A stretch of 64,000 nt of DNA from Okamejei kenojei. Taxonomy: Eukaryota. The translations under genes and the position numbers were made by a program. Location: NCBI GenBank assembly GCA_035221665.1, contig CM069160.1:1116001-1180000 (forward strand). The letters are read 5' to 3'. The notes under the pieces were generated by a model that saw only the letters and a list, made by a program, of their open reading frames with translations, was not told the DNA's origin and ran no database searches. Within the stretch, counting starts at the first letter, position 1; every line of letters starts with the position of its first letter. Shown one piece after another: positions 48,526-60,674 of the stretch.

Positions 48526-49019
48526 ATTGGCTTGGGACGCCAGGAACGGCCGCTTCCTTACCGGAGTCCGCAGCTTCCGAAGCTAACAAGGCCGCGCTGA
48601 GTGGAGCTCCCCCACTGGCTCCCAATGTTGACGTCAGCGCTGCTGCCCCCAGCTGGCTGCTCCACAGACCGGCAGCTCCGCGGTCTCAGCTCACCGGAGT
48701 TCCAGTGCGGCGACCCAGGCAAGGCATCGCCCGCTCCGCGATGGCGCTCCAGCGCTGCGCCGCTGCCGAAGCCGAGGTTCTGGGCGGTCTCCTCAGGAAA
48801 CGACGCTCCAGGCCCGCTGGTAGGCCGATAAACAGTTAAACAGAAATAAACAGATAAAATGCAATAGGCTGTTATTGTTCAGCCCTCCACCACCTCCAGT
48901 TTAAATTCCATTTAGAATATTTATGGAGGACCAGGAAAGCAGAAGCAAGAGTTCCTCCAGGGAGTTACTCCAGATCCAGGATCAGGGAGAGATTCTGTGT
49001 TGGTTTTCAGAGGTCGTGG

Positions 49020-49130
49020 CAAGGCGGCAACCGGACAGCATTGGTGGCCAGATTGGCCACAATTCAAAGCGAGGGAGAAAGTGCCCAGCGCCGACCAGTT
49101 GCCGTGGCAGTGCGCATGCGTAGGGCGGCC
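49020..49130. promoter_or_regulatory. Candidate promoter (possibly BBS10): two CCAAT boxes, RFX X-box, NRF1-like site, GC box
   Basis: ATTGG twice (49040, 49052), GTTGCCGTGGCAG 49098-49110, TGCGCATGCG 49111-49120, GGGCGG 49123. Confidence 0.45.
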
Positions 49131-50385
49131 GATGATGTGCTGGCCGTGGTTGTGCACATGTGCAGGGGGAGGATGTGCTGGCCATAGCAGTGCGCATGTG
49201 CAGGGGGAGGATGTGCTGGCCGTGGTTGTGCACATGTGCAGGGGGAGGATGTGCTGGCCGTAGCAGTGCACATGTGCAGGGGGAGGATGTGCTGGCCGTA
49301 GCAGTGCGCATGTGCAGGGGGAGGATGTGCTGGCCGTAGCAGTGCGCGTGTGGAGGGGGTGGATGTGCTGGCCGTAGCAGTGCGCATGTGCAGGGGGAGG
49401 ATGTGCTGGCCGTAGCAGTGTACATGTGCAGGGGGAGGATGTGCTGGCCGTAGCAGTGCACATGTGCAGGGGGAGGATGTGCTGGCCGTAGCAGTGCGCA
49501 TGTGCAGGGGGAGGATGTGCTGGCCGCGCATGTGCAGGGAGAGGATGTGCTGGCCGTAGCAGTGCGCATGTGCAGGGCGGCCGATGATGTGCTGGCCGTA
49601 GCAGTGCGCGTGTGCAGGGGGAGGATGTGCTGGCCGTAGCAGTGCACATGTGCAGGGGGTGGATGTGCTGGCCGTAGCAGTGCGCGTGTGCAGGGGGAGG
49701 ATGTGCTGGCCATAGCAGTGCACATGTGCAGGGGGTGGATGTGCTGGCCGTAGTTGTGCGCATGTGCAGGGGGAGGATGTGCTGGCCATAGCAGTGCGCG
49801 TGTGCAGGGGGTGGATGTGCTGGCCGTGCCGTGTGTGGCTGGCATGTGCAGGGGGATGGATGTGCTGGTCGTAGCAGTGCACATGTGCAGGGGGAGGATG
49901 TGCTGGCCGTAGCAGTGCACATGTGCAGGGGGAGGATGTGCTGGCCGTAGCAGTGCACATGTGCAGGGGGAGGATGTGCTGGCCGTAGCAGTGCATGTGC
50001 AGGGGGAGGATGTGCTGGCCGTAGCAGTGCACATGTGCAGGGCGGCCGATGATGTGCTGGCCGTAGCAGTGCGCGTGTGCAGGGGGAGGATGTGCTGGCC
50101 GTAGCAGTGCATGTGCATGTGCTGGCCGTGGTTGTGCGCATGTGCAGGGGGAGGATGTGCTGGCCGTAGCAGTGCACATGTGCAGGGCGGTCAAGGATGT
50201 GCTGGCCGTAGCAGTGCGCGTGTGCAGGGGGAGGATGTGCTGGCCGTAGCAGTGCGCATGTGCAGGGGGAGGATGTGCTGGCCGTAGCAGTGCACATGTG
50301 CAGGGGGAGGATGTGCTGGCCGTAGCAGTGCACATGTGCAGGGCGGTCAATGATGTGCTGGCCGTAGCGGTGCGCATGTGGAAGG
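49110..50385. repeat. 38-bp minisatellite GGATGTGCTGGCCGTAGCAGTGC(A/G)CATGTGCAGGGGGA, about 33 copies
   Basis: Period 38 read directly (49261 to 49299); accounts for the 378-518 aa repetitive ORFs. Confidence 0.95.
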
Positions 50386-50876
50386 TGCTGCCGTGCCGGC
50401 AGATGAGGAGCGAGCGGAGAGCGATGACCCGGCGGCCCGGACACGGATGGCGGGCGGAGACGGAGATTAACAGACAAAGAGAGAGAGAGAGATAGAAAGG
50501 GGTGCCCGCCCTGAGTTAAACGGCAGATGTCCTGCCTTGGTTGGAGGCCCCCTAGATTTTGAAGCCCTAGGCTTCAGCCTATGAAGCCTTGTGGTAAATC
50601 CGGCTTTGCGAGGCCCCCCTAGATCTCGAGGACTTAAGCTTAACCTTGTGAAACTTATACGTAAATCCGGCCCTGGTTGCGTGTGTTACTAGTGTATGCC
50701 AGATGCTGCCTTGTACTCCAGAAGCATTGAGCTACTCCATGCATCACGCCCTTTGACCTGATGTGCAACCACCCTATAGGGTGGGACAATGGACAATGAT
50801 GACTCGACATGGGGCAACTGCTAGGGTGAGGGGCAAAAAGGGGAGCCGCGTGCTTTCTAACTTTGTCAGCACTAGG

Positions 50877-51668
50877 TGGCTTGGCGGTGGTGTGGTGGTG
50901 CCTAACGGCAGCGGCTCGACTGCAGTCCGTCTGTCTTTTTAAAAATTTTTGTCTCGTTAAATGTATGTGTTGATTCCTGTTTTTATTATTTTTTAGCTGT
51001 GTATATGTGGGGGGTTTGGAAAACCGTTAATCTCTTCCCTGTACGGGGGACTAGACTTTTTCCCTGTCGGGTCTCCGATGTCGTTGGGCCTAACATCGTG
51101 GAGCCGGAACCAACCCGAGGGCTCCAGTCGCGGAGCCTGCGGACTCGCCATCGCGGAGCTGGCCAATTTCGAAACGGGAAGAGCTGTGGTGGCGCGCGGC
51201 TGTGACCCGACTTTGGAGCTTCGGAGTCTCCGGCCGCAGGCCCGGTGGACAGGAACATCGGAAGCTCGCAGGTCCCTGGTGGGAGACCGCATTTTGGCGA
51301 ATCCGCAACGGCAACCTCTCCCGTTGGAATCGCCGGGTTTAAGTGACTCGGAGCAGGGCCTAACATAGCCCAGCGAGGCTTAACGGCCGCGGAACATCAC
51401 ACGCTGGGGGCTTTAGCATCGTGAGCCCCAGTCACCTCGACATTGCAGTTGGACTGCTGGACCGCGGGAGAAGAACAAAGGGAACAGATAAGACTTGTGC
51501 CTTCCATCACAGTGAGGAGGTGTTGGAGATTCACTGTGATGGATGTTTGTGTAAATTGTGTTAAGTGTGGGTCTTGTATTTTTTTGTAATGTTAAGACTG
51601 TAGAAATGCAATTTTGTTCAAACCATGCTACTTGAATGACAATAACAGGCATTCCGTTCTATTCTATT
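50877..51668 (+). mobile_element. Unclassified GC-rich interspersed repeat with 3' hairpin and (TTCTA)n-like tail
   Basis: CCATCACAGTGA..TCACTGTGATGG at about 51504-51542; homologous to 46595-47000. Confidence 0.55.
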
Positions 51669-52016
51669 GTGTACATAAGTAAATAATCTCACTGTGCCCA
51701 GTCACATGTGACAAGAAAGTATTCCTATTCCTAACCGCATTGATGTTTAGAGGAATCTTGGGGTCCAAGGCCATAACTCTCTGAAGGTGACAACATGAGA
51801 AGACAAAGCGGTAAAGGTGGCGTATGGTATGCTTGCCGTCTTTGGTCGGGACATTGAGCACAAGAGCCAGGAAGTCATAGGACATTGATAAGGATGCATT
51901 TGGAATACTGCGTGCAGTTCTGGACACTGCATTCCAGGTGAAGACTTTGGAGAGGGCGGAGAAGCTGTTTGTCGGAGCGCTGCCTGGATTAGAGGGTATT
52001 AGATTTGTTAGAGGGT

Positions 52017-52234
52017 ATTAACTTTTCGTACTGAAAACATTTGGCACTGTGATTTTCCTTAGATTTTTGCAATGTTTGAGTGATACTCTGAATATTCTGT
52101 ACAGCATCCAAAGTGCCCAATCCTCATCGGAGCCCAGTCGTAGCCACCAGACTGAACTCCCCCTTATTGGGTCCTTTGGTTAATCAAAATAACAGAACTT
52201 AATCATAGTCTCGTTATCTTTACCGCCGGGGCTT
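52017..52234 (-). repeat. Inverted ~215 bp copy of proviral leader/FCHO2 segment 53396-53611
   Basis: Near-identical reverse complement read directly. Confidence 0.92.
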
Positions 52235-52394
52235 AGAAAGTTGTCCAGGTTGAGGGGAGACCTGATAGAAGTATATACATTTTAAGAGGCATTAAAAAAA
52301 ATGTAGACAGTGAGAACTTTTCTCCGGGGTGGAAATGTCAAAGTCCAAAAAGCATAAATTTTATGTGAGGGGGCAAAAATGTAAAGGATATGTG

Positions 52395-53018
52395 TGTGAG
52401 GGATAAAATGATTAAACCCCACTATTGTAAGGGCTCAGGAGAGGATTCTAACCGATAGAGGCTAGGGAGAGGATTCTGACACAGCTGTGGATGAAGTTAC
52501 CAGAACTGTCCTTGAGTAAGGATTGATGGCATTGTATAGCGGTAGAAGGGAGTGATGGATGCGACCCTTATCAGTAGAGTAGTGATGGATGTGACCCTTG
52601 TCAATAGAGTCTAGCTTTTAATTCAGATACAAGAGAACTGAGAGAGGTCAGTTGGAGGTGAGCAAACTGGGGCAGGTCATTTACAACTGAGCATGCTTAA
52701 TGAAATAAATGAATATTACTAACACACCCCTGGTCAAGAAACTGCTCATTACCATGCACATGTATGGACATGCGATGTATGATGTGGGAGGTACTGGGGG
52801 GACGAACCTATAGACTGTGCACCTCAGTGCCCTGATTGGAGAGGGCCAGAAGGGGAGGTTAAATGTAGAATTGTGTGTATAAAGGGGCTTTACTTTCCTG
52901 ACTTTGGTGTGTCTCAACTTGGAGAGGCACCCGACTCTGCAGACTCGCAAATAAAGCATTTCTTGTTTCCATGATTTAGTCTCTGAGTAGTGATTGTGAG
53001 CACAACCTATATCTCACA
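52395..53018 (+). repeat. 5' LTR
   Basis: ATTGG, TATAAA (~52878) and AATAAA (~52950); about 11 substitutions versus the 3' LTR by manual count. Confidence 0.97.
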
Positions 53019-53021
53019 AAG

Positions 53022-53039
53022 TGGGGGCTCGTCCGCGAT
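53022..53039 (+). other. Primer-binding site, tRNA-Pro
   Basis: TGGGGGCTCGTCCGCGAT, 17/18 match to canonical TGGGGGCTCGTCCGGGAT. Confidence 0.92.
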
Positions 53040-53511
53040 CGCCACTCCGGCCACTCCGGCCACTCGGCGGAAGCACGGAAGGAAGGGAAGGTGCACCCTG
53101 CTGATTTCAGCAGTCTCTGATCTCCTTGCTTGCCATCAGCGGTTTGAGCGAGTGATATCCGGACAAGAGACTCGGGAAACAAGAGGGAGTGTCGGAAAAA
53201 TAAACAAGGGACGGTCAAGCGATTCTTGTGCACAAGACCCGGGTAAGAAAACTGACTATTAAGTATTGCCCGGGCGACCGAGGGTCTGTCGGACGGGAAT
53301 AGTCCGATAACCAGAACGGGAAAAGTAAGAGTCCGGGGGGGAAAAGAAATAGGCTCAATGGTGAAGAGCCGCACAGGCAATCTTGGAGAGAAGGAAGCCC
53401 CGCGGGTAAAAATAAGGAGACTATGATTAAGTTCTGTTATTTTGATTAACCAAAGGAACCAATAAGGGGGAGTTCAGTCTGGTGGCCACGACTGGGCTCC
53501 GATGAGGATTG

Positions 53512-53861
53512 GGCACTTTGGATGCTGTACAGAATATTCAGAGTATCACTCAAACATTGCAAAAATCTAAGGAAAATCACAGTGCCAAATGCATTGAGTA
53601 CGAAAAGTTAAAAAAAAGGAAGGAGCAATACAGAAAGAACTAGAAAAGGCAACTGTCAAATCTAAAAAAAAAAGCTACAGAAACCTATAAATCATATGTG
53701 GAAAAACAGATTTTGAACAAAAATTGACAGAAACCTCGAAGAAATTTCAGGAAATGGAAGCTCATCTTAAGCACGTGAAAGAAATATTGAGTTGTTTCAC
53801 ACAATCTTTAGAAGAAACTCATATACAGATTGGTCAGGTACATGAGGAGTTAGTGCATAGC
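53512..53861 (+). pseudogene. FCHO2: Captured, intronless fragment of host FCHO2 (F-BAR domain) inside the ERV
   Basis: [111 protein letters not shown]; frameshifts in A-runs. Confidence 0.88.
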
Positions 53862-54339
53862 AGAAAGTAGAGTAGCAATAAGAATTATATAAATGTTAAT
53901 TTTGAAACTTTAATCTGTGTAGGAAATTGCATAATTTCATTGAAGTAAGAATGGAACAAATGTGATTTGTGTGTAAAAACCGGTTTTGAATGAATGAGGA
54001 AGTTCATATATATGATAGGTTTGTTTGCTGTAGGCCACATGCTGTAAGGGTAGGTGTGTGTGTTCCTTTAAGAAATTGTAAGTGATGGGGGAGGTTACCA
54101 ACAGCTGTAAGGTAACGAACAACGCTTTGTATCATCGCAACATAAAAGGGGAAAGTTGGAAAATGTAGGTTGCTTGGTTTCTATAGATTTCTTTTCAGTA
54201 AAGTTAATTTGGAAAATTGTTACTAGTACTAGGAATTGGAAATTTAAAAATAGTGGTGAGAATGGATTAAAATAATTGGAAATAAGTTAATTGCTGAAAC
54301 ATGACCAGCTTTTGTCGTTTGTTTAGATAAACATTCTGG

Positions 54340-55680
54340 TTGGAGAAGGGTAATGATTGTTTGCTGAGAATTTCAGAAACAGTTGTGAGGAAGTGGCACA
54401 AGGGAGGCACTTTCAAGATAAATTAGTGTCAAGATGGAAGTGTTAATTATGAATTATATGCCACAGATAAGTTGGAAAGGTGGGAAAAGAGGAGAGGAAA
54501 GGAATTAGATGTACTTAGGCAGTTTAGAGAGAAAGGTGAGAGAGGCAGTGAGGAGGTAACAGAAGTAGGAAACGACAGGTGTGAAAGTAATAAATCAGGA
54601 GGAGTCAGTGGAAGATTTTAAAAGGAAGGTGAATACATTTGCAAAGGAGGATAGACTATCTGAGAAGTAAGAAATTGAGTTTAGAATGCGAAAGAAGGCA
54701 TATCAGAAAGGATTAAAGTGGGAAGCAGAGGGATAAATTGATGAGACGGCTTTAAACAGATAAGAGCAGGACAGACACAGATTATCCTTTGGGGCACCCA
54801 TAAACTGAGAGGGCTAAAAAAACCTTACCCAGTGTTCCTGATGGCGCAGGAAATGGATTATGGCTTTGGAGGACGATTATTGGCTATGGGAGATTTGAAG
54901 GCACTGTTTGTGAAAGTGATAGGAACCACTAAACTGACAGAACTCCTGAAGATGGCTGGTATAAAAATGCTGTGAACAATGCAATAAACAATGGCATGCT
55001 GTTTGACACAGTCAGGCAGGGGGTATGGCAGGCTCTCAGACAAAAATCCAGCAGCCTATCTGGAGAACAAGCTGAAAAGGTGGAGACTGGAAACTGAACA
55101 AAAATAGAAGGCAACCAGTTAATGAACACTATATTCTGAACCACTGTGGTGGATGTCATTCCTCCTAAAGTCAAGTCTAGATTGGAGGAGGTGGTGGGAT
55201 TGTCATCTATTTCCCACCCCTGATTCAGTGATCACTTGGTCAATGAGGTTGAGAAATATCGCAAAGATAGGAAAAAGACTTGCAGACCAGCAGGAAGAGG
55301 TGCAGAGAAAAATGATGCAAATGTAACTTGAAGAGTTCAAAAAGAAAGAGCGTGAAAAAGGAAAGACAATGTTGTCAGTAACAACAGACCTGGTTGAAAA
55401 GTCTGAAATAAGTGATGCACCGACACACAGTGAGTCATATGACAGAGCCAAACAGGGGCCAGATAATTCCATGCCAATAATAAATGTATTTGGGAGAGTA
55501 TTTCCTCAAATGCCCTATCAGGAGTGAAATAAATCTGGATATAAGCCCAGACAGGACTGGGGTCCCCAAGGGAGGGAGGGATCTCAAGGAGGAGGTCAAG
55601 AAAGGCTAGTAAGGAGATAGGTAATGGATAAGGTGTGTTGGGGGTGTGAACAGGTATGGTAATCAGGAAATAATAATAAC
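54340..55680 (+). pseudogene. gag: Highly degraded gag remnant
   Basis: W..GGTF, LP....GAG.WI..L..GRLLAMGDLKALF motifs resembling fish epsilon-like gag. Confidence 0.55.
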
Positions 55681-55799
55681 ATTAAGATAATGGTGAACAT
55701 AGCTATGGTAAGAACATTAAGAAGAGGTATTAAATACCCTAGGCTAGGGTGCAGTAGGGTTTTAAATACTAGCCCCATGTTTTTAATCAGATGTTGTAG

Positions 55800-56870
55800 G
55801 CAGATTTGGATATAGTATGTGGATGATTTGTTGGTTTGTTCAGCAAGTGAGAAGCAATGTGAGAGACATTGTAATTATCTTGGAAAAGATGGCACAGAGG
55901 GTCATAATGTATCAAGGAAGAAGTTGTTGTTTTGTCAGCAGCAGGTAGAATATTTTGGACAAGTAATATCTAAAGAAGCTATAGCGCAGGATCAAATTGA
56001 AGCGATAATTGAAGTTCCCAAACCTCAGACAGTAGAACAGATGATGATGATCTTGGGAATGGCAGGATATAGTTCAGACTAGATTGGGAAGTATGTTGAA
56101 ATTGTGATGCCATTAAGGAAAATAATGAAGGAAGAAGGACACACAAGTCTGAGAAATGTTTTACAGTCAGAGCCTTTGAATGAAGGGGACAAAAAGGTTT
56201 TGCTTGTGGATGTTTCTTGTTAAAGGGATCATAATAGCAAGTATGCAGGGTTTGAAGTGATGCATCAGGATGAATTAGACTTTAAGGTAATCAAATTGGA
56301 AGCTTGCCTGCAATCTTGCTTAGCTCAGTTGGCAGAAATTAAGGCTTTAAGAGCAGCATATGTATATGGAGTCTGGCACATGTTTGGAAGAGTCGGGAAA
56401 CAGAAAAGCTTTGAGAAAAGCAATGGAGACCCCATGCAAAGTTAGCAGTATCCCCCTATGAAATGTTGTTTGGGTTACCTTATTTGGGAAAGATAGAAGG
56501 AAACCCATCATAGAGGGCAGTGATGTATTCTTAAGGAACTATTTACTGGCAGTATCTCGTTCTCTTACAGAATTAAAAGCTAAAGGATTATTGGCTCAAA
56601 GCCCACCACTCGACTTTCCAATACAGGCTGTAAAGGCCGGCGACTGGGTACTGGTCAAGAATTGGAAGGAGGAGAAACTCCAGCCCCGGTGGACCAGCCC
56701 ATACCTAGTATTACTGACAACCAAGACAGCAGTACGAACAAAAGAAAAAGGGTAGACCCACGCAATCCGGGTTAAGTGACCCGTTGACCCACCCGCTCCT
56801 GATAAAGAGGAACAGTGGATGGTGAAGCCAGGGAATAAACCCCTAACATTAACTTTTAGAAAAAAATAAA
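55800..56870 (+). pseudogene. pol: Deleted pol remnant (RT YVDD, RNase H pieces, integrase C-terminus)
   Basis: YVDDLLVCS..GHNVSRKKLLFCQQQVEYFG; AQLAEIKAL; GDWVLVKNWKEEKLQPRWTSPYLVLLTT. Confidence 0.85.
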
Positions 56871-56885
56871 TGTATAACTAGCAGT

Positions 56886-58705
56886 ATGAAAGGAGCAGTT
56901 GTGGTATTGCTTGCTCTGCATGTAATCAGGGTAAAAAGTATTAATAACTGTGATAAATGTTATCATCCTATCAGATACGGAGGGCGGACAACCAGATCAT
57001 TTACCTATCATTCCCATATGAACGATGCTTGCTATAACCTGAGGACTAAAACTATTTGTGAGGACGGGGGAAAGAAGTATTATATGGTAGAGAATAGGGG
57101 ATATGTAGGGAGGTTTGGGTACGTTACCTGCCTAAAGGGGGAGAGATGGGTTTGTATGACTAGGACAGGACAGTTAGGTCTCCCTTTCCAGGCCTTAAGA
57201 TTGACATTAGACAAAATGAAGGAGGAAGTAATAAAAAGGTTAACGAAAGTAGTAGTCACCAAGCCTCCCCCTCCCCCACCTACTCAGCCTCAATTGCACC
57301 AGACAATGTATGAAGAAATAAAGAAGCAGATTGAGATCCCTGAAAGAGGGAAAAATCTGTTTGTGGACTTGGCCCTCCGGATAGCTGGAATCCTGAATGT
57401 GACTAACTGTTGGGTCTGTGGCGGACCACTGATGAGCTCACGTTGGCCGTAGAGAGGATCCATTGTTGAAGTATGGGACCTGATGGAGTGGAACCTGACA
57501 GTTGGACAAGACCGAGATCCCCAGGCATGGGTCCTGACAGACGCTCTGGTTGTGATTTAGTGTATCGCTAGGCCCTGGGCAAGGGATGACGTCCTAGTAA
57601 GCAGCAGTCCCTGCCAGCGCATCGTCACCCAGTGGCCAAATCAGTCCCGAGTGTGGTGGCCAGAGGAGCCTAAATGGTATCCAACTAAGAAAGACGGGAG
57701 AAACTGCACTATCTGGATGAAGACTGATGGAATGGGATCGACAGGACTATGGAACTGCACCGGGAACAACCCTTATCAAGGAATCCCGGTGTTGCGAGAC
57801 TTATGGAACACGGTTATCTCTAGTGGACCGGCCCCTGAAGGACTGTTATGGATATGCGGACACAAGGCATACTCAGTGTTGCCAACAAATTGGAGCGGGA
57901 CTTGCTTCATTGGACTGGTACAACCGGGACTTTTCCTGTTAAACACCGAAGAAGGGCGGTCGCTAGGAACACCTGTATTTGACAACCTATATCGGAAGAA
58001 GAGGAAAATAGACATTGGAGAATGGGAAGATGATGAATGACCACCCACAAGAATCATCTCATACTACGGACCAGCCACTTGGGCACAGGATGGACCCTGG
58101 GGCTACTGAACCCTGGTATACACGTTAAAACGGATCATAAGACTTCAGGCAGTACTGGAGGTAATTACCAACCAAACTGCAGTGGCACTGGAGATGCTGG
58201 CAAAGCAGCAGATGCAGATGAGAGCTGCAATATACCAGAACCGGTTGGCCCTAGATTACCTCCTGGCAGAAGAAGTAGGGGTATGCGGGAAATTCAACCT
58301 CTCTAATTGCTGTCTAAACATCGATGACAATGGACAGGCAGTGATGGACATATCAGAAGGAATCCGTAAGTTGGCATATGTTCCAATACAAAAGTGGAAT
58401 TCGATTATGGGTACCCGATGGTGGGATTCCATCCTCGGAGGAACATGGTGGAGAACGGTGGGGCTCGTGTTTCTATGTGCATTGGCTGGGCTGATCTTTA
58501 TCCCCTGTTGTATCCCTTGTTTTAGGGAACTTATTGCAAGGAGTATAAGTCAGATGCAGGCCTCTAGTCGTGCCTATGGGAGAGAAAGGGGTAATACAGA
58601 AAATAATGATAATGCGATCAGGGAAGGTCCAGGATCCACAGGAAGAGGAGATTAGGACAATGTTACTTCAATTCGAACGGAAGGAGCTTGAAATTGAGGT
58701 TTAAT
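56886..58705 (+). pseudogene. env: Gamma-type env (ERV3/HERV-E-like) with premature stops
   Basis: Signal peptide; NLFVDLA..NVTNCWVCGG (CxxC); RKKR furin site; [15 protein letters not shown]; [10 protein letters not shown]; TM; stops near 57450, 58038 and 58108. Confidence 0.92.
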
Positions 58706-58738
58706 CAATAGATGCGTAGCAAAAGAAAAAGGGAGGAT

Positions 58739-59362
58739 TGTGAGGGATAAAATGATTAAACCCCACTATTATAAAGGCTCAGGAGAGGATTCTAACTGAT
58801 AGAGGCCAGGGAGAGTATTCTGACACAGCTGTGGATGAAGTTACCAGAACTGTCCTTGAGTAAGGATTGATGGCATTGTATAGCGGTAGAAGGGAGTGAT
58901 GGATGCGATCCTTATCAGTAGAGTAGTGATGGATGTGACCCTTGTCAGTAGAGTCTAGCTTTTAATTCAGATACAAGAGAACTGTGAGAGGTCAGTTGGA
59001 GGTAAGCAAACTGGGGCAGGTCATTTACAACTGAGCATGCTTAATGAAATAAATGAATATTACTAACACACCCCTGGTCAAGAAACTGCTCATTACCATG
59101 CACGTGTATGGACATGCGATGTATGATGTGGGAGGTACTGGGGGGACGAACCTATAGACTGTGCACCTCAGTGCCCTGATTGGAGAGGGCCAGAAGGGGA
59201 GGTTAAATGTAGAATTGTGTGTATAAAGGGGCTTTACTTTCCTGACTTTGGTGTGTCTCAACTTGGAGAGGCACCCGACTCTGCACACTCGCAAATAAAG
59301 CATTTCTTGTTTCCATGATTTAGTCTCTGAGTAGTGATTGTGAGCACAACCTATATCTCACA
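58739..59362 (+). repeat. 3' LTR
   Basis: Preceded by polypurine tract AAAAGAAAAAGGGAGGA; followed by TGTG TSD. Confidence 0.97.
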
Positions 59363-60239
59363 TGTGTATGGTTTTATTTCCATAGAGATGGTGGTGGTGG
59401 TGGAGGCCTATACAACAGTGTGCAAACAAGGCTTGTGGATGGGCACACAGATATGCTGGAAATTGAGGGATATAGATCGCGTGCAGGCTGAAGAGATTAA
59501 TTTAATTGGATATGTTTAACTCAGACACTGTAGGCCAAAGAACCTGTTTCTGTGCTGTACTGATCTAGTTTCGATGGTACATTACTTGTACAGGCCTGCA
59601 CTGAGAAACCTGATACCACCACATTCTGTTGTTTATCTTCAAGCCAAGTTTGTATCCAGACTTTGTGTCTCTTACACTTAGCTCAACCCTGTTGAGTTAT
59701 TCACAGAATGCTGGTGTAACTGAACAGGTCAGGCAGCATTTTTTAAACACAGATAATAAAGGGATCTGGATCACGTGCAGGCAGCTGAGCTCAGCTTGGT
59801 ACCAACATTGTGGGCCGAAGGGCCTGTTACTGTGCTGTACTGTTCTGTGTTCTATCTGCCGAGCGAATGGACAGGCGACGTCTCAGGTCGAGACACTTCT
59901 TCATACTGATTATATTCGGGGGGAGGAAATTCAAGAGAAGGGAGAGTGGGACAAAGCCCTGCGAGTGGGTGGACACAGGTGATTGGCAGATGGGGGGGGG
60001 GGGAGTAAGTGAAAATGGCTGGAGGTGAAATGGAAACAAAATTGTGTCAGATGAAGAGAGGAGGAATGCAATGTAGAGCCAGAGGAGGGAATCTGGTCGA
60101 CGGGATGGGGAGTGAGGGGCAGTATAGTGGGAGGATATATGTGCTCACTGGGGTAAGGATAGGGGCACAGGAATGAGAGAGGTAAAGACTTTCCTTCTTC
60201 AATAAAACAAACCCCTCACTCTCTGATCTTTTCCTTAGA

Positions 60240-60480
60240 AGTCAATAGACAATAGGTGCAGGAGTAGGCTATTTGGCCCGTCGAGCCAGCACTGCCATTC
60301 GATGTGATCATGGCTGATCATTCCCAAACAGTACCCCGTTCCTGCCTTCTCCCCATATCCCCTGACTCCGCTATTTTTAAGAGCCTAATCTAGCTCTCTC
60401 TTGAAAGCATCCAGAGAACCTGCCTCCACCACCCTCTGAGGCAGAGAATTCCACAGACTCACCATTCTCTGGAATTCTCT
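60240..60480 (-). mobile_element. CR1/HER1 3' end
   Basis: Same 3' tail as 1032-1395. Confidence 0.88.
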
Positions 60481-60674
60481 GCCTTAGTCAAACTGGGTTA
60501 AAGCATAAACTGTAAATGGCAAGATGCCAAGGACTACTGATGATCAGAGAGACATTAGGATTCAAGTCCATAGTTACCTGGATGATAGGTGTTGAAGAAG
60601 GCATCTGGCCGTTGTCTTTATCGGCGAGGGTGCAGCTCTTAAGGGTAAAGACGTAATGTTGGAAGAGAATTGGC

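Larger units (their letters stand above)
52395..59362 (+). mobile_element. Endogenous retrovirus (class I, gamma/epsilon-like), defective, two 624-bp LTRs
   Basis: LTRs 52395-53018 and 58739-59362 (TGTGAG..CTCACA), TGTG TSD, tRNA-Pro PBS, PPT, gag/pol remnants, env. Confidence 0.97.

Noticed and set aside
48921-50477. Long 378-518 aa His/Cys-rich ORFs
   Set aside because: Translations of the 38-bp minisatellite, open in all three minus-strand frames
52681-52959. Duplicated 92-aa ORF (also 59025-59303)
   Set aside because: Antisense reading of the two LTRs
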